Positions 24,701 to 36,700 of a DNA stretch of 64,000 nt are shown piece by piece. The notes under the pieces are model-generated. The model made no database searches. It was given only the letters and a program-made list of their open reading frames with translations, and had not been told where the DNA came from. Each line of letters starts with the position of its first letter. Positions within the stretch are counted from its first letter, which is position 1. The position numbers were made by a program, and so were the translations under genes. Source of the stretch: Ascidiella aspersa (Eukaryota); assembly GCA_963924565.1 (NCBI GenBank), contig OZ004608.1, forward strand, positions 10,416,001-10,480,000, given 5' to 3'.

Positions 24701-27700
24701 ATCATGCTTCGATAAATGACTTCAACGTTGTCGCTTCCAAAATGTCAGATCGATTCTGCCAAGGGTTGTTAAGTTTTCGACCTATATAATCACTTTGTGC
24801 TTTTATAAATTAATGTTTGATCCAATTACTTTACAAAACGAAACTTGAAAACCGCGGGTATCCTGGGTTGAACGCAGAAAAGCTGTTTTGTATTTTTGCT
24901 TTAAGCGAGTGAACATTTTTAAAGGGATCTTTTCAATTTACAAGCTTTTTTAAATGTGGTTTGTTATTCATTAAAAAATGCAAAGTGACCGCCATTTTTT
25001 TGTGAGAACCACAAAAAGTCTTAACTCTTAAGTAAGTGGTTCTCAAACGTTTTTTTTTGTCGAAGGACCTCGTTAACTTACATGAAATAATGGAAAACAA
25101 CATTCTTGTTTGAAACAAGAAAAATTAAAAAAAATCTTATTCCAGGAATTAGTCTACTATATTCAAATCAGGATTCAATAAACTTCACAAGCTTTCGAAT
25201 GATTTAATGTTATTCAAACGCAAAGTGAAGACTGTGCTCTGGCTTATATGAACATTATAAATCAATAAGTTACATTCACACGGACCTAATAAAACGTCTT
25301 CACGGACATCAGTTTAGGAACAACAGAACTAAACGATTCAATTCGATTTCGCAGCTATACATTCACAGTGGTGGCCTTTAACGGCGCCACGTTCGAGCGT
25401 CATCCAAACGCCACCAACTTGGTGCGGAACCAAGCCAACCTCAACGGACCGAACATTCCCGGGGCTCTGCTTCGAGAGGTAAGGAGCTGTCGAACTTTTG
25501 CACCTTTCTGTTCGATTTTTTTTTATCGATCAAGGCGGCAGCTATAATTTGAACCTTTCTGTTGTAATTTTAAAACAAATTTTAAGAGGAAGATGAAAAA
25601 TTCTTACAAATATCCTAAGAGAAACTTGGAATTTTAGCCTTTGTTGTTTTATGTTGTGTCTTCGCTTTTTTATTTTTGTGGAAAATAAATAATACTATAA
25701 ATAAAATAAACAATAAAAATATATGTCTCGAGATAGCACATGTAGTAGAGTCGTCTATTTGAGTGCAACGCAGTCAAAAGTACAACATTTGCACTGCACC
25801 ATAATAAACAGCTTTTTCCAGTTAGAATGTTTATAAAGTTTGCATATTTGAATTAAAAAAAAAGAAATTGTTTATTCCACGGAAGGTTACCTTTTCTATT
25901 TTCTAATCGTTATTTTGGCGTTACACTCGGTTTTGTTTTCTCCAGTTTTCCTACTTGTTGAGTGCCAGCGGTTCGTCCGCCACCCTCACCACGGGGGAGA
26001 CCCTACCCTCTGTCGTCACAGGGGTCAAAATGACGTCACACAACACGACGAGCGTCATGCTTCGGTGGGACAGGCCCCGGTACGCTAACGGCCCAACTGT
26101 GGAATACCAGGTGCGTAAAAACTGCAAGGCTGGTGTTTCAAAAGTTTCGCTTTAGCACAGTGGTTCTCAACTGGGGTGTCACAAGCAAATATTCTTTCGG
26201 CTTTCCTGTCTTAATTAAAGTCTGTAACTTATAAGTTCTAGTCATTAATAAGAGAAACTTATTTCACCACAAAATAAGGCATCGTCGGAATCTTCAGTCG
26301 AATTAAGAGAATGATGATGCCTTATTTTGTGGCGAAATATCTTATAAATGACTGACTTCGATCAAGACTGTAAAGTCTAAAGAATATAAAAGTGTCCTGC
26401 GATTTTTTTAGTGTGCCTCAAACTGAAACAGTTGTTTGCGAACTTGAACCGGGCAGTTCAGGCGTGGCTGTTTTAGCAGATTGTTTTTCTTTGTTTGCGG
26501 TTAGGGGTGGGGAATGGGTGGTGTTAAAATTTGGGTTAGGATAAATTGTTAAGGGGGGTTAGTGTTGAAGTTCAGGATGGGGTTTGTGGTTAGTTAAAAC
26601 GTTCTTTATACCTTATTCTGGCCGTTTAGGTGTTATTCCGATTAGACCCGATGATTAGTTATTTAATTATTATCCATTTTGGTAAAATGTGTTTTATTCC
26701 TATATCGATGTCGGTCTTATGGCTGGAGTCCGAAGGCGAAAAGCTTGTTCCGCTAACTCACTCATTCTGCACCAATACCCTGGGCACCTGATCTAATCAT
26801 GATTTATTTGAAAGAAAAATATAATTTTCCGTTATTTATTTGTGTTAATTCAAAGGCATGAGCGCAGGTAAAACCAAACGGTTGTCCAGCGTCAAAATTT
26901 CGAAAAAATTGCGATTAATTGGAAACCGACTGTACTAACTTGGTTGGAACTTTGTTGGAACATCGGTCGCGTAGCTACCTCACAGCGCTAACAGTTTCTA
27001 TTTTTCAATAGCTACTGTTTGGAGATACACACGTGTGTAACTAATGCAGCCGCTTCGAGCTCGCCGGCTGCTTATCAGATTATGTGAGGTCGAGAAAAGT
27101 GAGTTGTCTGTAAACAAAGCTTACCGACGTTGCAGCCGAACAGAGCAAACAAGCTAGGCACGGTCTGACTTATTTGTTTTCAATTATGCATATATATTAA
27201 ACCGCGTGCCCGTCGCTTAGCTCTCGCCGCTGCGAAATCAGACGACAGCTGCCGAGGAATTAACGCGAAAGTTTCTGTGTGGCGCCCTCACCTGCACTGA
27301 GACCTCAGCTCGCCGGTGCAAAAATTCCCCTTCCCGCTGTTGCGGCAACAAACGCGTGAAATTAATTTTTGGAGTATTTCGGTGCGCGCAAACACGTTCT
27401 TTTCTTAATTGCCGAGAGAGGCTGCCTCCAACAAATGCAGTTAGACTGCACTGTAATGTCGATTTTTTTTCGTGAAAGTTTGATTTCGGAACATTTCTGT
27501 TTCTTTCCAGGAAAAATTCAAGCATTGTGAAGCAAAATGACCTAAAAGGGGACCAAAAACACTTCCCCATAGACTATAGTTATTATTCGCTATAATGCAA
27601 TTCGCAAATTCGCTAGAATGCAATTGACAAAGTTTGAAACCAGTGTCGCTAAAGCAGAAAAAATCGGGGGCCATCGGTCGATCTGGCATCGGCCGTTTTG

Positions 27701-30700
27701 GTGACTACGTTTGGACGCCCTAGTCTGACCGGCGCCGTCAGGGCGCCGCTGTTTTGGCACCGGATTTTTGGTCCTGTTTGGGGTTATTGGTGGTTAATGG
27801 GTGGGGTTAGAAAGTAGGTTAGTGTTGAAATTGTTAGGGGAGATAGTAATGTACTTAGGGGTGGGGTTTGGGTTAGTTAAAGTGTTGTTTAGGTCTGATT
27901 CTGACCTTATAGCTCTTATTCCGACGGATTTGGGATTTATTCCGATTTAGACAGTAATAATACCATTAGATATTCGTCCTATTTTTGCTTTATTCCGAAT
28001 TGTGTTTTATTGGACGTTGGTGTTGTTCTTATCTCGGTCTTAAGGCTGGAGTCCATCGCAAAATTACATGTATAATCCTTTGTCCTAGAACAGAATAACC
28101 TTTTGTAATGAATTCTGCACGCTAGCAAGATTTTAGCGAGGCCATAATTTTCCGAAAGATTTTTCATTCGTTTCCTATACTGCGATTTCGCTGCAAGCTG
28201 ACTGGTCGAAATATGTACAGTCCCTAGTAGTCTGTTTGCCTTTAAAAGGCAAAATGAGTTGGCTATGTCAGCAAATCCACGATTTTTACCGAAATTACAA
28301 AAATGACCGTCTTTCTCTGTTTCAAGGTCCTGTGGTCGAAGAGCAGCGACTTGGGGAAAGCCCCTTACTCGCCGCGCGTTCTTCAGGATCGCGAAGCCTC
28401 CAATGCAACTTCCAACTCTAACGATATCGTTATCGCGCGCCTGGAAGCGGGAACGCAGTACAGCCTCACCATACGAGCTCGCAACGCCGCCGGTGAGTCT
28501 CCTTGTTTTTTCATGGTTTGTTTTAAATGCGTGGACGGTGGTAACTGCAGTGTTTTTTTAATATATTTCGCTTATCTTCTAGAATCTAGATCGTTGCAAA
28601 GTTTTAGGATATATTTACCCCTCGAAAAATGTTCGAGTTATTGCACAAAAAATATTTCTCGTTCCCTAAATAGGGTAGCAATCTAAAACCCCCTATTTTA
28701 TCAGTAGTTAGATAGGCTTGTTATGCTTAGGTATACCTTGTTTTTTAATAAACAGGAAATTGACCTTGCGCATTCAGTGTAAGTGTTTTAAGAATAATTA
28801 GTTTAAATGTGAAAAAATTATATGGAATGGGATTAAAAGCAATTTAGCCCACGGTGTTTCAGTGCTTGGATCCCTCAAATATACTTTTACAAGTAGATTA
28901 ACTATTTAACATAAAGTTAACTGGACGAGAAGTTAAAGCCCGATGCTATGTATATTGTATATCGCGGGAGTCGGGAACCTTTTTAGCCAAGGGAGCCATA
29001 AAAACGGAATACTTTTGCTTGTATTTCGATGAGAGTCATTTAAAATGTTGCTGTTTAAAAAGTTGCTTTTTAAAAGACTGCTCCCCTTTTATCGCAAAAA
29101 AAAAAAAAAAAAAAAAAAAAAACATGACCTTTTTAACATTTAGAGATTCCATCAAACGGACTAATCGGCACCATAGACAATAAGGATTCGCGCGAAGCGA
29201 AAAAATGCTACTAGTCTTGTTTAAAAAAAAAGAAAAATACGGTACAGTTTTAAAGAGGGCTATGGCCCCCCGCGTCCAGTTTTATTCACATCATGCTACA
29301 ATGACAGCTTATTTTTATCTGAGGGGAAAATTCCTTTATCAAAAGCCATATATGATATATGGCTCGCGAGCCATAGGTTCCCGACCCCTGGTATATAGTC
29401 ACCTATATGCTGCTATAGTGGCCCTAAATCGGGAAAGCCGCGGTTTAGGTCTTACTTCGCCGTTTCAAAGTCTTCTCTGCCCGAAAAGTTTCTGTAGAGT
29501 CTAAAAAATGAGGGCTCTTTCAATTTGGTACGTAAAAAAAAGAAAAAAAGTACAACAAAGGTACCGTCTATACAAATTATGCTTTACGCACAATATTTGT
29601 GTAAGGGTTAGCGTTTTGGTGTGGGTGGGTCAAGTATCATTATTAATAATATTAACCCAAACGCTAACCCGCACCTTAACCCAAATAATGCGCGTTGCGG
29701 TAGGATCCTAATGAGCATAATTTGTAGACTTGATAGAGCCCCAAAACGACCCTGTTTTGCGCAGGTTACGGCGACCTGAGTCCCCTCGTGCTATTCTCGA
29801 CTCTACCCGATGATCCGTCTTCGTCCGTCGTCACCGAATCCCAGGATCCGAGCTCACCGGCCATCGCCCACCCCTACCTCATCGCAGCTGCGGCCGTTCT
29901 CTTCATTTTGGTGCGTTGGTGAAATTTTGCTTGTTTTCTTGTTGTTAAGTTATGTTGTTTGTGGCTATAAAGGTGGAAAACCGGGAAATGCACTTTTTGG
30001 TAACAATTTTTAATTTTTTTTTACAATAATTTGTATTAAAAATTAGGAAACCGGGAAAATGTTCTGCGTCATGAAAAATTATATTTAAACTGTTAATATA
30101 TCGAATTTTAAGCAATATTATGTTCTATTGTCTCCCGGAGATTCCTTAATCCTTATACATGAAAGTGTTTGAGCGTCGAAGGTGAAATGTTAGAAAATTG
30201 ATTCCAAGGCCGAGAAATATTACCCATTTTCCTTCAGCATATCTGTAAAACTTGAAAATGAGAGGAACGTAGAACTATAGAATTCTTAAAGTTTGAACAC
30301 GTCCGAACTTCAAACTGGCCTAAACCTTAAAGATGTTTTATTCTTTGAAGGATGGAGCAAAGAAAAATCACACCTCGATTTGAAGAAAAAAAAAAAAGTT
30401 TAAGGTTAATTTGAACCGCGTTTGTAACTTAGCACTGTTACATGTTATACAATTGGTGTCAAACCAACTTCAGTTTTACAGTGCTGCTTGACATGCATTT
30501 AGCTCGCAATACTCCAGCAGCAGGGCTATTTTGGACAAACATAACAAGCAGTTGTTTATCCTAGCCCCAAACAACCTATATAAAGATGCGCGTAATTAGA
30601 TATTTATTATTTATAGGCGGTTTTAACGTCAGAAACAATAAAGAAGCTCGCTTATCGGGCTCCTAATTTTGTAATTTATTATTTAGAAGTGGTTTAACCG

Positions 30701-33700
30701 TCGGAAACAATTAAGAAGCTTGCTTATCGGTTATCTTATAAAAAAAATGTTTGTCACTCTAGCTTTCTTCTTCTATCACGGATCAGTAAAGGCCGCCGTC
30801 AGGCAAGGCGATCTTTTTTGCGGGGCTGAGAACCCTCGGCGATTCTGTGATGCCAATGAGGCACCTATCCCGGGGTGGGGGAGCATTATTGCCTTTTTAT
30901 CATTTCTTTTTGTCGTCATTTGCGTATAAAAAAAAATCCAAAAAGACAGAATTATATGAGCAGAGGTGGAAATTTAGGCAAAATATCCACATTTTTTGTA
31001 AAATTAGGAACCGCATAAAAAGGCAAGGCGCTCTTCGACAGTTTCTAGTCGCAAAAGACCTTGGGTCAATTAATATTTATCCGGTTCCCTGCAGGTTGCC
31101 ACTCTGGTCGTTTTATGGTTCAAGTGCGCCAGTGGGTCGCGGGACAAGAAGCCGCTCCACGACCAGCAGGATGCGCCCAGAGAGAACGGACTGGCGCCGC
31201 ACATGGAGCACCTCACCGCCCACACCGTTATACCAGGTGAGTGGCCCTCCTGTATTCTGCCTTGTCGCAATTGCCTCGTTTCCGTAGAGTCGGTAACTTG
31301 TCAGATTGGAAAATTTGGATTTTGCGCGGGGGAAACTATTTTGCAGCTTAAAATTGCGCGGCTGTAAGCCTGTAATAACATTTCCGCCCAAATTTGCGCG
31401 GCTGTAATAACGTTATTTGTAAAATTTGCCCGCTAAAATTGGTAAATCCCCCGCGCAGGACTTACTTTCCAACCTGGCTTGTCTCTGTGGCTTGTTGGCA
31501 GGGCTGCGGAGTCGGACTCGGGACTCGACGGAGTCGGTTTGTTTTGCTGGTGTCGGACTCGGGACTCGAATAAGACTACCCGAGTCTCGAGTCCAGCGTG
31601 TGCATGTGCACTTGTGCAGTACCAAATTTCGAGGTGCAAATACCGTGCAATAGCATATGGTTGATTATTTTTCAACCATGTATTGTCTTTTATTTCATGT
31701 ATTGTGGGTGGATGAGTTATATGACACTTACTTACTGTAGAGTCGGACTCGACAAAATTGCACATTTGGCCGGAGTCGGGACTCGTTTTATTTAACTGAC
31801 ACTCCACAGCCCTGGTTCTGGCTCGGGTTAAAATTTTATGACGGTCGAGAGTTTTTGGCATGTGTTGTATGCGTCTCGGTGTCTTTGTGGACGCTTATAC
31901 GCTAACAATAAGCTTTGCGACACAGCTGCCTTTTCATCAGTCAATTTTATCTAATCGTTTGTGCGAAACCGAGCAGTCCATACTCGACTTCCAACGCGAT
32001 CTTTTCTAATTAATTTTTCGAATGGAGTTAATTACTTGCCCAGAATTTCAAATTTTGTCGGATCGTTATTTTAAAAACAGTTTTTTTTTTGTTTTATGAT
32101 ATTTGTAAGCACGAAAAGTGAAAGTTTAACTGTCTTCCTATCTGTGTCTACTTAAGGCTTTACAAATGAAACACTTCTTTTGCCGAAAACGACAAAGCCT
32201 AGCAAATTACCTTGCTTAAAAATGAGCAAAACTTAGTAAAAAAACTTGGTAAAACGACCCAACTTGGCAAAACTAAATTTCGTTTCAAAATAGGCAAAAA
32301 TTTTCCTAAAATTGCAACTAGACATGTTTTTCGTGTCCTGCGGGCGTGTATTATTGCGTTTGGTAGTCACGTCCCATCGACTCAGCACCCATGTCAGTTC
32401 CATTTTCCCCGCATCTGAAAGCGACCACTTCTCCAACGAACTTGAGCCAACTCGACAACGTAATAAATTATTCATCACGGACGGCCTTTAGGCAAATTAG
32501 CCGCGGCAAATCGAGGCCGTCAGCTGCCTCGCCGCCCCCGCCCGATCTGTCTTATTGCATTAACGGCCGAAATGCCGATTTAATACCGACGTCGAGCTGT
32601 GTTCGTTGTCAGGCCGGGATTAAAACTTTGTCCCTTCCTTGTCGTTGCTGGCTTGATATGGCATTTGTGCGTCCGACGATTTTTTTGTTTTTACCGAACT
32701 TTAGTCGACATATTGGAATTTCCAGTAAGAGTTGTTGGTATGACATTAGTACGTCGCACTATTTGTTTCCGTTTACCAAACTTTTACCAACTGTAATTGG
32801 AAATTGCACTTATAGTGGCGTGGGGTATGACATTTGTACGTCTAAAGACTTTTTTTTACCAAACTTTTAACAATCAATTGGAACTGTAGTTATAGTTGCA
32901 GGGTTCCGCAACCAGCACCCTCGGCCCTCCTTGGCGGCCAAATTCATAATATTCATTATGGTAGCACGATATTTGTTTTTAGAACAGTAAAACTAAAACC
33001 CGTGGTTGTGTTGTAAGCTCATAAACCCATTTTGTAACGTTCCGTGACCCTATTTTTTGTTTGTAATTATTCTCCAATTAAACTTTTTTGAAAACGACCA
33101 CTTTCAATTACATTCAATTGTGTTTTATCTAAAGTGATCTTATTTGACTGCTTCAGGTAATGTGATTTCGTTTGTTTTTTATTTCGTTTATTGTCATAAA
33201 TAACGTTAAGTATTTTTATTCATGTGATTGAGGGCCACATATCTTAATATCGTAGGGACGGGGTCATCACCCATGAAAGGTTGAAAATCACTGAAACCAC
33301 GAGCATTTGTAGTGCCTTTGTTCACAATATGCGCTGGCCCATACCTTGCCTAAAAAATTAGAAGAAAAATTCACCATGGTGGAAAATTGAAAATAGTATA
33401 TATGGCCACGTTATGCGTTTATTGTTATCATAATTTTGCCTGCTCGATGTCGCGTTCAGAAAATTTATTTCAAGCTTACGTTAAAAAAAACTTTTTAATT
33501 AAGAACTACGAAAAAACAAAATAAATTATGAAATTATTCGCCATTTAACTAAAAGGATCACTGAGAGTTGCTTGCGTTAATTACCAGCTGAAAAAAAAAA
33601 ACGCCTGAATTAAAAAGACCAGAATACTCACCCCTTCTCTTTCGGTCCCCGCAGATCAACGCACCTACGTGGACCCCTTCTCGCTGGGTCCGATGTTGCC

Positions 33701-36700
33701 CCACGAGTTCGAGTGTGAGACCCTCCCCTCTCTAGTCACCACCCACAAGGTGATTGGGTGTGGCGAGTTCGGCGAAGTCTACCAAGGAACCCTTACCAAG
33801 ATCGGTGAGAACAGCTTTGTGTGCTTTTATTGTACAGCTATGAGTCCCTTTATTAAAACAAGCACTAAATTAGGTTCACTGTGCAATGTGCACGGATCTA
33901 TAACGTACCTTGATAATGAATTGCAAAGCCAAAAAGGTAGATCGACATTATTTTGATTAAGGCGTTTCGGTACGAGCGTGTATCATTATCAGTTAATGTG
34001 ACTGAGAAGTTTCTATACTATAATGCTCCAAACTATAGAAACTTTGAGAAACTGATAACAATTGCGTCCCACCTTTTATAAGTGGTGCTTGAATTGCTTC
34101 TCAGTCACATTGACTGAAAAGGACACAAACTCGTATCGAAACGTCTTGTTCAAGATGATGTAGATCTTCTCGTATTTTTTGGCTTTGCATTTCATTATCA
34201 AGCACTAAATTTTTTAAAGAATTATTTTTGCGACTTGAAATAATTTTGTGACATTACGTGAATGAGATTTTGCACTCGCCTGCATGCCAATGCGACTTCG
34301 TTTTTTCGTAATGCTGGTTGGCTTGTTCTGTTTTTGGTACAAAACACACTTTTATTTATTGAAAAAAGGCTTCGCAGGTTTGGAATAGCCCGGTGGAAAT
34401 GCAACCATGTAATTTTGCGTTTAAAATGGCAACAAAATACTAGTTTATCCGGGACAACGAAAATCGGTCGGAGAGATCTAGAAGATAAGAAAATTAAAAA
34501 AATGTAAATAGGAGATAAATTACTTGCTCGCCAATTTACACACAAAAAATAAATACGCGATATACGCGAGCAGTTGAGTTTCCAAGCTTGCACTAAACTT
34601 AAACGTCGTTAACTTACTTATAAGAATGCAAGGGCCAAAGTCCAGAAAAGCTCGGCCTTTCAATACCTATTAAAAAACATTCCCCGGATATCCCTCAACA
34701 ATTCAGCCATTCGTGACGTCACAAAGCGGCAATTATGACATAAGCGAGTTCGCTCAAGTTAAGACTTATCGTCGTGGGCGCCTATATATGTTGCCCGGGT
34801 CTGTTTGCAAAGTTAAGTATTCCACAAATTCTAATTTGACCAATTGACCATTTACAATCAGGTTTATTGTATGTAAATAGCAAAACGATCAAAACTGTTT
34901 ATAACTGCCGACCTAAATTTGCTTTTTAAATACTGTCGCACTTCAGCACTTGTTCGTTACCCCTTTCGTTGTTTAATGTCAATTATTTATACATTTGAAT
35001 GTAAATATAGTATGTCATTTTATTTAATGTCGATTGGTCTTTATGCAGTCCCAGTCAAATCTTTAAAAAAATAATTTTATTGTTTCTTGTACAATGTACA
35101 CCTACAGTTCAAAACTGAGTTACTTCATATTAAATTGCTTTAATTTTCAGTGTTGTAAAACAAGTCATTTTGAAAGTGCTTAAATTTCAGTTAAGGGATT
35201 TGTAAAATAATTTGTGTCAAAGTCAAGTCTTTTTGAAATATTACCAAGTCAAGTCCCAGACAAATCTTAATTAGAGCAAGTCAATTTCAGGACAAGTGCT
35301 TGTTATAAAAATTGAACGTTAACCTATCAAAATAAGTAAACTTGTCCGATTATTATGAGCAATAACTCAACTAAAAAATAACGAAAAATTCTTCTCTGTG
35401 CAAAAATTAAAATAAATAGCTTAATTTTAAAACAAAAATAAAACACTTCATTTCAACCCAAGTCATTTGTCCAAACGACTAAATTCAAATCAAGTCATTT
35501 TGCCCAAATGGCTCAAGTCAAGTCATTTGAAAACAGTGGCATAAGTGCAAGTCATTAATAAGTCATTTCAACACTGCAAAATACTGCTCATTATATCGAG
35601 TATTGCAAATTTACTGCGAAATTAATATTTTTTGGGACAGTGTTGACAACAAGAATAACCTTAGTAGTCTTCGACTTTATTTTCAGAACAAATTTGTTTT
35701 AAGTTTGTAAAAATATTCATAGTTGCTAATAGTAGGCTATAATTTGGAGGACTGTTAAATAGATTGAAACAACGTTTAGGGGGGTCCAAAATCTGCTGTT
35801 TACGTTTTTAGATTGAAAAAGTTTAACAATCTTTTATCCTACCAAATAACTGAAAAGTAGGACCTCGGTTAAAAACTATCGCGATTTTAATATTTGGCGT
35901 TGTGCAAAATTAAAATGAAAGTCACAAATCGACAAGAACCTAGTCGTCTTCTCGTTTCGAGTCTCTTTGTTTATTGGCGGTTGGTGTAAGCCGCTTTGGC
36001 CGCCCACGGTTAATCACGTCCTGTGCCTAACCTCGTCGTCGAATGACGTCATCATCAAGCCGCCGCTTCCTTCGACCTTGAGACCGACTCTGGATGACCT
36101 TGGGCGCCGACAGCAGGCCCGCCTCTAATTTCGCGCCGTTTAGAGAAACGCGCCGTTACGAAATGAAATTACTTTCGGGTAAACGTTGCTTCGGCAAAAT
36201 GCCACATGGTGATTAGTAATTGGAGTTTGTTTGTTGTTTGTCCGTCTGCCTAAGCTGTTCACTGGATTTGAGAACTGCGCCGATTTTTTTCTTTTTTTCA
36301 TGGTCCTTCGTTTATTTGTATGAATTAGGTAAACGATCCAACACCTTAATGTATTTCTTGCAGAAGCCTTGTCTAAACTGGGTATTTTCGTGTAGGCATG
36401 GCTACTCAAGCCGATAACAATTTTGATGAAACATTTACAAATATTTATTTTTGATAATTTTGTTGGGTTTTGCTTCCGAAATTTACTGGATGACGACACG
36501 GTATTATTTGCAGGCTTGTTTACGAAACGAACCGTTTGTAAAGTCGTATTTGACATGATTGTCGTAAAGTCTTTGAATGTCTTCGAATTGATTTGCGTAT
36601 TAAAAAGTCTTTGAAAAACCCTTTTTTTCTAGAAATCTTTGAATAGATTTTTAATTTATTTTGTGTCAAGCTTAAGTTTTGTAATTAGAAAGTTCCGTTG

